The notes under the pieces: generated by a model
What the model was told of the DNA's origin: nothing
Database searches by the model: none
The model's input: only the letters and a program-made list of their open reading frames with translations
DNA from: Conidiobolus incongruus B7586
Lineage: Eukaryota
Length of the DNA stretch: 36,438 nt
Reading direction: 5' to 3'
NCBI GenBank assembly: GCA_000697335.1
Contig: JNEM01008709.1
Coordinates: forward strand, 1-36,438
Program-made: the position numbers and the translations under genes
In this document: positions 23,402 to 36,438 of the stretch, one piece after another
Position numbering within the stretch: position 1 is the first letter of the stretch
Layout: every line of letters starts with the position of its first letter

Positions 23402-24765
23402 TTATTCAATTTTGGTTGAAAAATGCAAATAAGTTTTTTGTACTGATTCTATTGGAATATTGAAAATTGGATGAGTAGGAATCTAAAACTATAGTCAATA
23501 ATCTGAATAGATGGATAAAGAATTTTGACTTACTAAAATTTGGTCAGGTTCATCCTTCAATTTCAAAGTTTCTTCAGTAGGCTCCACCTTGTAAAACAAC
23601 CAACTGGGGATACCTTGCGTATTTTGGACTCTAGAATCGATGGTGTAACGATATTGAGAGATTGATAACCCTGATAATACATAACAGGTATGGTAATGAT
23701 CCACAGATTTGCCAGGTTTATCTCTACAACCACCGTATGGACTTTGGCATGCTTTGAGAATGTATTTTTGTAGCATTTCGCGATTCATAATATCTTCATT
23801 GAGATGGAGTAGAGGGAATACACCGCCTACCCAGAAGCAGTAACAGCCATCTACAAGTTTGTTGCAACGACCTTGATAACCTCCTTCCAGTTCCATTTGT
23901 CTATAGGCTGTCCATTTTGCTAAGTGATTCATATCGAGTAAGTGTGAGTCCCCAAGTAAGCGTATGGCTGCTAAACCACAAAAAACATAGCCACCATGAG
24001 CTTCAACACCTGGATAGCAACCAAGGCCTCCATCGAATGTTTGACATCTTGCGATAAACTCGCTAGCATTCTTATATAAGAATTCTGTTGAATAAGTCTT
24101 ACCATTCTCAGTAAATTGCAATTTATCGCAATTCAACAATTTGAGCACTGAAATTGCACAGTAGAGACCTCGAATATCGATTTCACCGCCTACGGACAGA
24201 CGAAAACTACCATCATCTTGCTTGAGTTCCGATATCCACATCATCAATTTTTTCCTATCGATGACATCGTAAGCTTCGACGAGATTAAGACTACAGAGAC
24301 AATGTACTGCTGCATACGTGGATGCTAAATGTGATGTTTGTCCTGGACCTCCGCCAAAACCACCATCGGGGTTTTTACACTTACGAAGGGTTTCAATAGC
24401 TCTTAGTTTGAGCTTGATGTCGATGGGATGTCGGAGTAAGTTCAAACTGTGGATCATCCAGTACGCGAGCCATGGTCGACTTGCGTCCAAACATTCATAA
24501 TGCGATGATAACTTTTCTAAACCCTTGGTTAAATATTCGATATGTTGCTCCCGTTTCAATCTTGGGATAAAATCGGGACGAGCTTTGTATTGACGGTAAA
24601 TTGTATAGAGTACGTCATCCTAACTTCATGGTCAAATAATAGAATATATAAATTTAATAAAATATATACCTGTTGCTCAGAAGTTCGAGTTGGAACTCCG
24701 TCATCTTGTACTTTCCACTCTATCGGTCTGTCATCATCCAATTTTTCTTGAAACATTATTACCAT
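23402..24765 (-). CDS. RAM1: Protein farnesyltransferase beta subunit, three exons
   Basis: LDASRPWLAYW, GGFGGGPGQTSHLASTYAA, EAHGGYVFCG, GRCNKLVDGCYCFW and DKPGKSVDHYHTCY. 5' exon (..DDGVPTRTSEQQ) and 3' exon (IPTHPIFNI...KIE*) are joined through short GT-AG introns. Start could be 24765 or 24756. Confidence 0.93.
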
Positions 24766-25228
24766 TTTATTTTTGTTTTGAATAATCAATTGTTGATTGT
24801 TACTTAGTCAATCCAAAATTTATAGATTGCGAATTGATTAAATTAAATTTGGGACAAGAATAATTAACCTTAGATTCTAATTTAATTCCAAATAAAGTCA
24901 AGCTTTGAATAATGTATTATATTTTATTATATTCCACTTTTTAATTATAAATATCCATACATTTTTAGATTATATATAGATTCAATAATCAATAAATTAT
25001 CTCACATTTCTCGCTAATTGAATATTGATCTTTTAAATAGCATCATAATTGCTGAATATACATAATCCCATAATTTAATTAATACACTTTCTCAATTAGC
25101 CATGATTTAATTTTATCCACTAGTATAACAGATTAGAGTGAGATTTCAAAAACTGTGATCTTATCAGTTAATCAATTGTAAACTCATTTCTTGTTTTTTA
25201 TATTTTAAATCAATAATAAATACATAAA

Positions 25229-25498
25229 ATGGCTGGAGGACGCTGGATGGGTTGGTGGGGACACATGGGTGGCCCCGTCCAAAGAGGTATCGTTACCTAC
25301 ACTCTCTCCCCCTATGAACAACGCGCCTTCGCTGGTGCCTTCCGCAAAGGTTTCTTCAATGTTCTCCGTCGTGTTTCCGCTCAAATTCCCTACATTGCTC
25401 CCGCCGTCGCTTTCGCTTACAGCGTTTACACTCTTGGTAACCAACGTCACGCTTTTTACCAATCTAAGGCTGGTTCTGCTCACGCCGAAGAACACTAA
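25229..25498 (+). CDS. QCR8: Cytochrome b-c1 complex subunit 8
   Basis: WMGWWGHMGGPVQRGIVTYTLSPYEQRAFAG...FNVLRR is the typical fungal Qcr8 signature; 89 aa. Confidence 0.95.
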   Translation: MAGGRWMGWWGHMGGPVQRGIVTYTLSPYEQRAFAGAFRKGFFNVLRRVSAQIPYIAPAVAFAYSVYTLGNQRHAFYQSKAGSAHAEEH

Positions 25499-27482
25499 AT
25501 TTAATTGAACAAAAGGTATACAAACAATCGAATTAATAAATTGTTTTTTATTATTATTTTTTTGGGTTGATATTTTATAGAATATCTAACATTTTTCCTT
25601 TTAGATTCAAACTATTTGTTGGAATTGTAATAAATTGACTCAAATAATTTGGATTTCAACAAATCTTTTTCCTCATCAGAAATTGGTATCCTCATCTTCA
25701 AATCAACCATAGATTATTAGTATCAGCACTTGAAACTTATTCAATTAGATTTAGTTTTGTCAATCTGTGTCAATCTTTTTATTGGTATTTCAAAGAATAA
25801 TTATAAAATAGATAATATTAAAATTAAGTTGATGCAATTTTGAACATCTAAATTATCATAATCACAGTCTAATTGAATATATCTAATTATTACTACCTCT
25901 CTCTTTTCAATTATGTTTTATTATTATATCATTTCTCAGCATATAATATAATCTTTTTCATTCATAATTTCAAATATTAAAATTCATATCTAACAAACAA
26001 CTTGCTCGATTTATAAATTATCATTTTTATATTATTTTATTTTAATAAAATTTACAGCTATTTAACTCGTGATATTTTTCTAATAGTTAAGTGCCATCTA
26101 TATATAATTTTATCGATTAATCATAAATCGATTTTAATATAAATATCTTATTATAAACAATATTAAATTTAGAACCGACTACTTTTCTTTCGAAATATTT
26201 AAAAAGATTGAAAGATGCAAGGAATATTAAATTCAATTCTATGGACTTTATTCTTAAAGTTTTAAGTAATATTCAAAATATACTTAATTCTTGATATTAA
26301 ACTATAATTCAATTTAAAAATTTTTTAAAACATTTTAAATTCTAATAATAATTAATCCTATTTTACAAAATATTATAATTGGGAAAGAAAAATAAAGTAT
26401 TAAATTTATATTTAATAAATAGATTTATCTCATTGTAGATATTCGTATATTAATTATTTCTATATAATAGTAATATCTTAATTCATTATTCAGTTTAGAT
26501 TATTGATTTTTACATCCTTCCAAAATTCCAAAAAAATATATATCACTCTTAACAATTAAAATTATATTCACTTCAGTAAAGATAAAAATAATATATTAAA
26601 ATGCATTTATTATTATATATATTAATCAAATAATAATGATAAGATTAGAGTGAAAATTTAAGTAATATTGCTTGAGATTGGATAATAATTACATCTTAAT
26701 TTTAACGAAATAATAATTAGAATAAATTTAAACCTAAACAAATTCACACAGTATATTTAATTAATAATTAAAATAAATAGTCATTTATGATCAGATTTTA
26801 ATTCTTTTACATCATATTATAATATTGATTTTAAGGGACCAAATCACATTTTGATATTTATATTCGATATATTAGTGTGAACTAATGGAGGTCAGATTAT
26901 ATATCAAAAATTACTGATTACTATTAATATAATAAAACTAATTAGCTTTACAATATTTACATGTTTATGTAATCATTAAATTATATATAACTTATATTAT
27001 TTCCAATAAGTATAAAATAAATCATTTTACCAAATTTTATAAAATTTTCAAAATTGAAGTTATTGAGACTTGAAAAATTAAAAATATAAAATTATTTTTA
27101 AATATTTTTATTTAATGTGAATTTAAATGAATTGAAAAGAAAAATTAAATACTAATAATATACTGTACTGATAATCGGCTAAGGATTTACCAAATTTAGA
27201 TTAGGGTGTTAGTTAAAGGAGGTTTGATTCGAATTGTTGAACTTGGTTTCCGGGATTGGAATCAGCAGTCTCTTTGGATAAGCCTGTGGTTCGAAACAGC
27301 TTTGAAATCGGAGATGGGATGGTTGTAGTTAAAAATATTAGTTGGAGGAATGTATAGGAGGGCAAAAAATGGATGGACGGATGAAAAGATGAAATATTAT
27401 AAACAATCGAATAAAGTATGAATCAAATGAGTGTCTCACATTCAATTCTTCAAAAAATCAAAGATGAAGTGATTATCTTGAA

Positions 27483-29414
27483 TTAAAACATTTTTGATTG
27501 ATTTAATTTTGATATTAATTTTTTGTTTTTCTATATAAAATAATTAGTTAATATTTAAAATTATGTGTTAGCTATTTTGCTTACTTCTTGTTCTTCAAGT
27601 AACTGAGATTGTAAAAATTTTCTTAATTTTTTCTCTTTTTTGAGTTCTTTTTCTAATGTTTCTAATCTCATCAGTAGATGATTGGGGAATTGTTGCGAAT
27701 GAGATGATATGGGTTGGCTGATTTGGGGGATGGGGGATTCTATCGTGTTTTTGTTGGATTTGGGATCTTTGGGGCTGAACATCATTTGTAAACCGCCACC
27801 ATTTGTATTGGCTGGAGGAGAGTGTGATCTTGGTTGACTGATAGTTAGTCTATGATCTTTGGAGGAATTTGTGTTGTTCATTTGAACTTCATCAGAGCTG
27901 CTAGCTCTCAATCGGACTGAGCTTGATTTGAGAACATCGTTAAATTGAGGGTTTTGAGAAGGACTGAAAATAAAAATTAATAAAAATTTCAATCTGAATT
28001 TATGATATCATCGTACTTTGATATTCCAACGGGACTGGGCATCACTTTAGAATTTAAAGTTTGGCTATATCTCGCTTTATTACGGAGAATTTTATTCTAT
28101 AGATCAATTGTTAACAAATATATTAAAAGAGAATTTAAAATCATCTTACTTTGGCTCTCTCTTTATCTTCATTAATTTGTTCGATAAATTTATTTCTAAA
28201 AAATAATTTAATTAATATTGGACAAAAATAATGAATGTAACAGAGTAATAAACTTACTCTAACTCTTGTTTGTCATATCCCAAAGTATTTTCTAAAATTA
28301 AATAAATGATATAAATAAATGATATAAAAGTTATTTTGAAAATATTATTTACCAAATTGTAATAAATCTTGGTTAATAACTTCCAGCTCTTCAATCCATC
28401 TCAAATCAACATCTTGAAACCTTTGCTGAACTATAAAAATAGTTAATAAAAATTAATAATAAAATTGAAACTAGATTACGAGGTTCATGAATGTTAGGTT
28501 TTTGAGGAGCACCGGGAGAAACTTCTTTAGGTTTACTGACTGCGCCTTTCTTCATCTGAGCTTCAGCTTTCACTTTAATAGCTTCCAAAGGGCTTAAATC
28601 GGTGTGGAAATTAATTTCTACGCGACTCGGTTGAGATAATTGAAGAGGTGCGGGCTTTACTATTTCTCGTGAAGTATTTCCTTGAATAGGTGATTTTGAC
28701 TTTTTGGGAGCGACAGTTATTGGTGTGGAATTTATTGCGGGATATTTTGAAATTGAGTCATTATTAAGCTTTGCTGGGGCCATTAGTGAATTTGTTCTAA
28801 TTTTAAAATATTAGTAATTTATGATTACTTAACACTACTAGAAAGTGATTTACCTTCGGGAATTTTGCAATTGCTCCAAAGTTAAATAATTTAAACTTTT
28901 GACATGGTCAATAGGTTCCAATTGCGTTTCTTTAACCATGGTTGTATTAGATCTCATAATATTCTTTGGCAAGGTTAAATATTGAATAGATTTACTAGAA
29001 ACTAAAATTACAGAAAATATTCAATTAATAATTGAATAAACATATCTCGGTTTTAGTGTGGTTATTCAAATTAATTTTAATTAAAATTGGTCAAAAGGGT
29101 AAAGTTAAAGATATCATGGTGAATTTAAATCAAAAATTCAATGTGAATTTGATAAATGTGTGTTAAATCAAATATAAAAATAACTTTAGTGATGGGGAAC
29201 TTAAGTGACTCGAGAATTTACATATATTATCTATTTTGTACTACTTGAACATTTGCGATATATTATCCATAATAATCATAATATGGTGATAATTTAATCT
29301 TTAATTACCTTGTGATTGATTCAAAGACTTGGATTTGGAATGGTGAATGGGATGATGATGTCTTGAAGAAGAAGGTTGGGAGACTTTTCCAACTGGTTCC
29401 GAGGTAAGTAGCAT
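27483..29414 (-). CDS. Multi-exon hypothetical protein, S/P-rich with a C-terminal coiled coil
   Basis: The ORF-track segments 28406-28783 and 27561-27992 are bounded by GT/AG sites, with small exons between them. The last exon reads KNKKLISKLNQSKMF* (stop 27483). The 5' exons and the start at 29414 are tentative. No family recognised. Confidence 0.55.
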
Positions 29415-31427
29415 GCTAAACAAAAATCAAAACAATTATGTGAGCAACGTGAGTAAAACTGGCGGGTGATTGAGCAAAAAATCTTTCAATCTTCCAAACC
29501 CTTTTATATATACTCTGAATAAAGTTCATCACATGAAATCCTTGACTTTATTCAGATCATATTGTTATCTAAATATAGTTAAATAGAAGCCGATTCAATA
29601 GTGTGATTCAAGTTTTGAAATTGATGATTGGCTAGAAGTTGAGGATATTCAAGAATTTTATTCTCCATTCAATATATTTTTCAGTTTACATCATAAAATT
29701 TTTGTTTGATTTGATTTGGGTTTAATCTCTGCATAGTATGCTATATTCCTTGTAATTAATCTGATAGCATAACATCAAAGAATTACATGTAAATTATAAA
29801 TAAGTCTAAATCAATTAGCTCAAGGTTCATGTAGTAAACCAATTCATTTTTATCAGTTGTTTTCAAGTCTAGTTTACAAGCCATACTAGTTACTATTTTG
29901 ATTGATAAAATAGGTGATGATTGTTGATTATACCAGTATATTTGATTAATAAAATTAAAAAAAAAATAATTTTTAACCCTTAAATTATCACTAGATGATT
30001 TCATTGATTCATTTGAACTGAATCAGTTTGAATTTTATTCAACAGTATCAATTTAGCTAAAAAATTATTAAAACTTTAGACCATTTGCAACGGAAGCACC
30101 TTAAACTTACAACATCAATTAAAAGTTAATATAACTTGATTCTCTTTTTAACCTTGATGATGTTTATACAGAGTACATGTACAAAAATAAAATGTAAAGA
30201 TGTAACTTTTAATTTAATTCTTTTAAATCATCAAACTATGTTTAAAATTTCTCTTATATATTTCCTAATGGAATATTATGACCAACTACAGGTTTTAAAC
30301 GAAAAAATCATTAAAATTAAATAGTCCTGGTTTAAAAGAATTCCAATAATATTTTAACACCCTTATATTTACTCATAATATTAACGAATAATACAATCCC
30401 TTAATTAAATTACTCATATTTTATATATTCGAGTACCTAGCTGGAATTTTAAAATTTATTGAGGAAATTTGATTAACCAAAATTTCTAAATTTAGTATTC
30501 ATTTGTGATTAGTTACTATTAAGAGCTTTAATTATGAATTTTTTTATTTATTTATTAATTGAATTTATACTTTAATAGATATATTGATAATTATTTTTTT
30601 TAAAAATTTAATAAGTAGTTAATAATCAATAACGTATCTATTTCGCAAAATCCAAAAATATTGAATACCCAATTACAAACAAATCAAATGTAAATTTACA
30701 AATTTGGAAATTTATGAATTAAATTCGATAATTCAAATAATATGAATATAAAATTTTCTGTGAATTAAAAATATTTTATATTTTCATAGCTATATTAATA
30801 AAATCATTGAAATGTAATAAGTAAATTATTAAAATGATTACATTTTGTTTAATGTATTATTTTTGTAATATATCTTTTGTTTGTTATCAATATTATAAAC
30901 ACAACATTTGAATATTGAATTAAAAATAGATAAAATATCATCAATCTTATTTCGCAATAATCAATATTAAAATAAATGCTAAGCTAATTTAAATAAAATA
31001 CCCAATAATAATCTTTGAAACCCTTTTTAAATGATTAAAAAAGTACAATAAAAAATAAATAGCTGGTATGTGGATCTGTTCCCCATAATTGCATAAAAGT
31101 AAATAAACCCTTACAGGTTGTGTATTAATCAAAATTATGTTAAATGATATATATTAGACATCATCATGATATCATTAGAATTGTATTCAATATAAATTTA
31201 ATAATATTCAATAAAAAAATATTAATAGACATAATTATACCAAAGAATATCAGCAACTAAAAATAATAATAATAATAAATAATATTTAACTAAACTTATC
31301 AATTTCAAATCTCTCATTAAATTAAATTTAGCATGTTATGTAATTTACTAAACGTTTCAAAATTATAAAAGATTTAAATAAAAAAGCTTTATAGATGATG
31401 ATTTAATCTAACTTTTTGTAAAAAAAT

Positions 31428-32012
31428 ATGATCTTTATTTTATTTTACTTGTTAATTGTTAGTGCTAATATAATAAAGGGATATCAGTTAACTACGGTAA
31501 CATTGCCAAAAGTACAGACTGAAGATAATCAAGTGCATAATTGGGGTAAAATAGAATTTAATTATACAATTAGTGGAACTTCAGCACAGTCGAATCATAC
31601 CAACACAAATAATAATTTGAATCAACAATCTAATAATCAAGCTCAATACAATCGTCAGCAGAATAATCAGGGTGCTAATAGTGGTCAAACTCAATTTCAG
31701 GAGGAACATCACTCTGAATATAGGAATGAACAACAGAAACCAGTGCGTATTGATAGTGGTAGATCCGACTTCCATAATCAAACTCAGTCAAGTTACGATA
31801 ATAGATATTCTTCAAACGTGAGTGAACAAGGCCAAAATAATCAAAATAATCAGTATACGCAAAATAATCAATCTAATAACGATACGAATGTGAGGTACGA
31901 TTGGACCATTAAAGGATATAATGCGACGCAGTGGGGTACACCACCCAAAGATTCTAAATCTAGTGACAAACTTAAAATTTCCAAAATTACACCAATATTT
32001 GTTGAAGGATAA
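31428..32012 (+). CDS. Putative secreted N/Q-rich protein, 194 aa
   Basis: Hydrophobic signal-like N-terminus (MIFILFYLLIVSA), central low-complexity N/Q tract, uninterrupted ORF in AT-rich DNA. Confidence 0.75.
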   Translation: MIFILFYLLIVSANIIKGYQLTTVTLPKVQTEDNQVHNWGKIEFNYTISGTSAQSNHTNTNNNLNQQSNNQAQYNRQQNNQGANSGQTQFQEEHHSEYRNEQQKPVRIDSGRSDFHNQTQSSYDNRYSSNVSEQGQNNQNNQYTQNNQSNNDTNVRYDWTIKGYNATQWGTPPKDSKSSDKLKISKITPIFVEG

Positions 32013-32237
32013 TAGATTTTAATAATATTATATTAATAATAAATTATAATTAATTGTATATACATATAGAAGTAATAATCATGATTCAGTTAATATTGTG
32101 AAAAATATATGACTATATCCATATTCATCAAACAATGGCGATTTAGAAAATATATACGTTTATTCATATTGATCAAAGTAAGGTAATAATAGAAAATTGA
32201 CAAATGAAAAATATAAAGAATCAGCTATGCTCGCGAG

Positions 32238-33830
32238 TTATTTAGCGCCTCCGGGAATCAGGTTTGGCCCTGTTGCGTGCGAAACTGGAGGAATGGTGCC
32301 AGTCTTGGCATCGGTAATATTGTTAGGAGAAGTGGGTCCTGCTATTGGGGTATCAGTACCAGTGGTAGTGGGTGGAGTTAAAGGTGTGCTAGTTACAGGA
32401 GGGGCTTCTTTTGCAGCTGGTGTATCAGTTGGAGCGGCGCTTGGAGTGGCAGCAGAAGTAGCAGTCACAGCAGGATCAGTGGTTGTTTGGGCCAAGCTAG
32501 TATCGGGAGGAGTTAATGGAGCAGGTGCATTTTGAGTAGCTGTGACCTCTTGAGGGACTGTAGAGCTGTCAGCAGCAGCAGTAGTGGTTGCTGTGGCTCC
32601 TGGTGCGGTAACAACAGGAGGAACGTTGGAATCGTTACCAGGTCTAATAACACCTTCAGCTTTTTTGGAAATTTCTTCCCACCATTCCATTGCTTCTTCA
32701 TAGGTATTAAATTTGAGCTCATAATCAGTATCTGATTTGAATAGCTTGCCACCGGCTTTCTGAGTTACAATGAATTCCGTTGATGTGGGTTTAGGTGCTG
32801 GTCCAAGTGTAGAATGACTTAAATCAATACTAAAGTCGGGTTCCTTATGCAAATGAAGTTCAGATGAGGGGAATGCATGTAGGAACCCAGTAGGAGTTAA
32901 ATAAGCATAATGATCTTTATAAGATTTGAACAGTCCAATTCCACTCTTGTACTTCAAGGGTCCTGACTTGGTAGTTTCAAGTAAAGGATTGTCACGCTCA
33001 GGGTAGTACACGTCTTCAAATGTGAGCTTTTGGTTTTCACCAGGGATTACATTAGGATGATTTTGAGCAAATCTGCTCCACTCTCCATTATCTGGGAATG
33101 TGGTAGCAAGCGTGTCAATCCTGGTCGTGAATTGCGTCAACTCCATCATGCTCTTACTCTTCCACTCAAAATAGTTTTTGAGGATCTTCTTGATGGTAGA
33201 GACGATACTTTCTTCAAATACACTGAGCGAATGGGTAGAAGATTGCATAGCCTTAATGTAGGCGTTTTGTTCATCCACACTTTTGTGTAGCTGACGTTTA
33301 AGATCATGATTCACCAGCCAAGGATCCTCACGCGTGCTACTCTCAGAAGTCGTAGGCTCCATAGCTTTAGACAAATTAGTCATGTGCTCATGAGTATGAG
33401 AGTGGCTCCTATTCAAACTCTTGTTGATTTTTTCATACTCAGCCTCCACTTCTTTATGTTTTCTCTTAATATCGTTCTTCAAAGTGTTTAGATCTTTAAG
33501 TGTCTCATTAGTGATACTTTTAGCAGTTTTAGTGTAGACTTCGCTCAACTCATTATGATAGTCCTTGAATAATTGGGTTAAATGCTGAATACCTGGCTCA
33601 TTTTCTGGAATGAAGAACTGGTGATCTTTGAATGGAACAGTTATAGTTGAATGGGTCTTAAGAAGACCTTTTGAAAAAGACTCTTCTGCAGAAGCGACCT
33701 CTTCGAAATGCTTGATATAATCTTTAACCACTTGTTTCCATGCCAATAACCTTTGCTCGAGAAGTTGAGTATTTGGAGTAGGGTCCCCCTCAGTACTGAA
33801 GGACGAGGTTGTATCAGTTCTAGTAGTCAT
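32238..33830 (-). CDS. Slm1-like BAR-PH domain protein, 530 aa
   Basis: RLLAWKQVVKDYIKHFEEV helical N-terminal region, DPWL motif, PH domain (GPLKYKS...YLTPTGFLHAF...PDFSIDL...EAMEWWEEI) and a T/P/A-rich tail. Confidence 0.85.
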   Translation of the reverse strand: MTTRTDTTSSFSTEGDPTPNTQLLEQRLLAWKQVVKDYIKHFEEVASAEESFSKGLLKTHSTITVPFKDHQFFIPENEPGIQHLTQLFKDYHNELSEVYTKTAKSITNETLKDLNTLKNDIKRKHKEVEAEYEKINKSLNRSHSHTHEHMTNLSKAMEPTTSESSTREDPWLVNHDLKRQLHKSVDEQNAYIKAMQSSTHSLSVFEESIVSTIKKILKNYFEWKSKSMMELTQFTTRIDTLATTFPDNGEWSRFAQNHPNVIPGENQKLTFEDVYYPERDNPLLETTKSGPLKYKSGIGLFKSYKDHYAYLTPTGFLHAFPSSELHLHKEPDFSIDLSHSTLGPAPKPTSTEFIVTQKAGGKLFKSDTDYELKFNTYEEAMEWWEEISKKAEGVIRPGNDSNVPPVVTAPGATATTTAAADSSTVPQEVTATQNAPAPLTPPDTSLAQTTTDPAVTATSAATPSAAPTDTPAAKEAPPVTSTPLTPPTTTGTDTPIAGPTSPNNITDAKTGTIPPVSHATGPNLIPGGAK

Positions 33831-35440
33831 TCAATTATATAATAATAATATTTTATCAGTTAATTATTATTTTATTCAGGTATCAAGTCGTTTTGATATT
33901 TCTCACAACAAATGAGAGACTAAATGTTTATTTATACGAATGCATTCGAAACAATGAAAATTTGCTTAATTTAGTTCTGTTAAGAATTATTCACCTCAGT
34001 TCTTCAAATGAACATCACGAGATTATTACGTCATAATTAATGCTATATGCTGAAGATTAGGTCATTCTATTACGATATTATCAGATTGTTAACATCACTC
34101 AGCCATCGATTTCGAGACTATAAAATGATAAAATTATCCCATTCAATTTATACCATATATCTGTGACTTATAACGACAAGCTCCATTAGATTCAAGTATC
34201 TTATTACTCAAAAAAGGATATATAATATAAATTTATCTGAACATTTAACTAATTTGATTATGAAAAAATTAATAATTAAAATTTAAATCATTCAATAATC
34301 AAAAAGACAAACTTATCAATATTATGAATGCATCGAACTGATAAATATTGTTTGCATAAAATTTGAATGAAATCATTTATTATTTTATTTTGCAATTTGG
34401 TCATTTGTTTTGAAGATATAATAAGAATGATTCAGTCTATTAGGCTGTGATTAGTTGAATTGTAATTATTTTTAATGGTGTTATTTATATTGATTAACCT
34501 TGATGAGTCTTTAAGAACTATAGTTTCTTGATTAAAAATATAATAAAGACATACTATGGTTGAACGAAATATGTAATTCCTTTATAAGATTCATTCTGAT
34601 ATTGATATATTGAATGTTTCTGTGTAATAATATCTAAATAAAATATAGAGTATTTGAATATATTCATTTTAATTATATATTGTTATTCAATCTATATGTT
34701 TTTTAGATTCCAAGAATGGTATTAACAAAATCTAAAAATATTATTAATTTGAAACTATGATTCATAATTTATTTTTATAATATCTTTTTCCAAAATATGA
34801 AAATTCTTGTTCATAATTAAACTTATCCAAAGTTAATCAAATTTAATTACTTTTGTCTAAGTCTTGTATAAAGTCTGGAGACCCTAAAGGGGTAAGCCTT
34901 AATATCAATCCTAGAAGACTAATTTGATTGATTGTTAAATAATAAAACAATACATTCCTAACAGAAATAATATTTCAATTCATATTTATATCATATTAAG
35001 GATATTTAAAAACCTTGTTTGATGTAAGCTATATATATAAATATCCATAATTACCATACTATTTCATATAATATCTATTATTAATAATTGACTTATATCA
35101 AAGGTATTCTCTTATTTTATTGAGTAATTTTTGTAAAGATCTATAATAAGATTTTTTTTAATATTTCTTTTATATCTTTAATATGTATTTTATTTTTTTT
35201 TATTTTTAACATTTAAATTAAAGAAAAAAATAATAATGATTAATAATTAATTCGGTTAGTTTTTAATATCAAAGGTTTTTAATTCTATTTTTCTTGTAAT
35301 ATTTATATAAATATTTCATAACTTATGATAATTATGTAAAAATTTTAAAATCTTCAAAACTTTACTTATTTTTTAGATCAATAAAAATCAATTAGTAATT
35401 TTAATAATTTATATCTAAATTTTAGTTAATTATTCTATTA

Positions 35441-35530
35441 TTAGTATAAAAATTTAAATATGATAAATTTTTTAATTTCTGATCTTTCAAATATATTATA
35501 AGCTTTGAAAAATTATTTATATATAAAATA
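35441..35530 (+). mobile_element. 5' end fragment of the same mariner family
   Basis: TA followed by TTAGTATAAAAATTTAAATATGATAAATTTTTTAATTTCTGAT aligns with the left end of 12737-13876 for about 90 bp. Extent beyond that is unclear. Confidence 0.75.
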
Positions 35531-35700
35531 AACTCGCTTGAAAAATAAGTCATTAAATTAATAATATAATGGTTTTTATTAATATTTTAATCAATTCTAA
35601 TTTGACTAAACTAATATTAAACTATATAATTAATATATATGTTTTATTTATAATAATAATATATATATATAGTGAAATTTAAATAATTATTTACTGATAT

Positions 35701-36101
35701 TGTAAGTGTAATGGTAGTTAAACCAATATAATATAGAGGAAGACTTGATATAAGGGTAGTATAGCATAGAATGTGGTAAGATAACATGGAATATAGTGTG
35801 TAAATATAAACAAAGTTTAATTAAGCTTCAAATTAAAATAAGTCACTGATATATTAAGACTTATATTAGGTAGTGCTAATATACTATAATATTGATAAAA
35901 TGTAGTCTCAATTTTAGAAGTAATATAAAAGATAAGAAATAGTAAAAATTAAGAGGAAAAAAAAGAACCTAGTTTATTAAATAACTCAATACTATTTATA
36001 TAATTAATTTAACTATAAAAGTATAAATTAATTATATAATTAATTATTAATTGAATTATATAGAAGTATATATAAGGATTCAGAGGATTAGTTTCTTAAC
36101 A
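35701..36101 (+). mobile_element. Solo LTR (401 bp), second family
   Basis: TGTAAG...CTTAACA termini. Perfect 5-bp direct repeat GATAT at 35696-35700 and 36102-36106. A second, inverted copy lies at 15655-16002. Strand is arbitrary. Confidence 0.78.
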
Positions 36102-36438
36102 GATATATTAAGATTAAGGGTTTAATTAAAATAAGTTATAAATTTGAAAGTTTTAGCTATAATAAGAAAATTAATACTTAATATAACTATCTTTTATTTT
36201 TTAACTTTTTTAAATTTATAAGGTATAAAATTTACTAGCTTTATATATTAAACCAAACTAATATTATTTTAAGCTTCTTAAATATACTTTTAAAATTAAT
36301 TTAAATTTCCTTTTAGGGAAAACTTTAATTAATTTTTTAATTAATCTTAAAGATATTTAATTAAATTAAATTAAAATTAAAAAATTAAAGAAATTATTTA
36401 TAATAATTTTTATTATTATTTTTAAGCTATTTAATAAT

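Noticed and set aside
29783..30324. Short ORFs 29783-30004 (-) and 30136-30324 (+)
   Set aside because: AT-driven composition and no motif or splice support.
1..36438. Prokaryotic systems such as CRISPR arrays, operons or defence islands
   Set aside because: The window is eukaryotic (spliceosomal introns, Pol III tRNA genes) and I saw no regularly spaced direct-repeat array. Only short (TA)n and (AAT)n microsatellites are present.

Overview
Very AT-rich eukaryotic nuclear DNA with short GT-AG introns. It looks like an early-diverging fungus (inference; a complex III subunit gene argues against anaerobic gut fungi). The left half holds an alkaline phosphatase (AP) cluster: two intact intronless paralogs in convergent orientation with a tRNA-Leu between them, plus a third, dead copy split by a 1140-bp mariner element. 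The right half holds housekeeping genes (CENP-Q-like, PPIL2 cyclophilin, GPATCH11-like, farnesyltransferase beta, QCR8, Slm1-like BAR-PH), an unknown multi-exon gene and an N/Q-rich secreted orphan. Three signals stand out that the ORF track does not show. (1) A 567-bp solo LTR with a perfect AAGTA target-site duplication ends 10 bp upstream of a tRNA-Thr gene, suggesting a Pol III/tRNA-targeted retrotransposon. (2) DD34D mariner relics have been stripped of G/C by C>T/G>A changes far beyond their host sequence, a RIP-like signature. (3) Patchy gene conversion among the AP copies skips the metal-binding motif segment.
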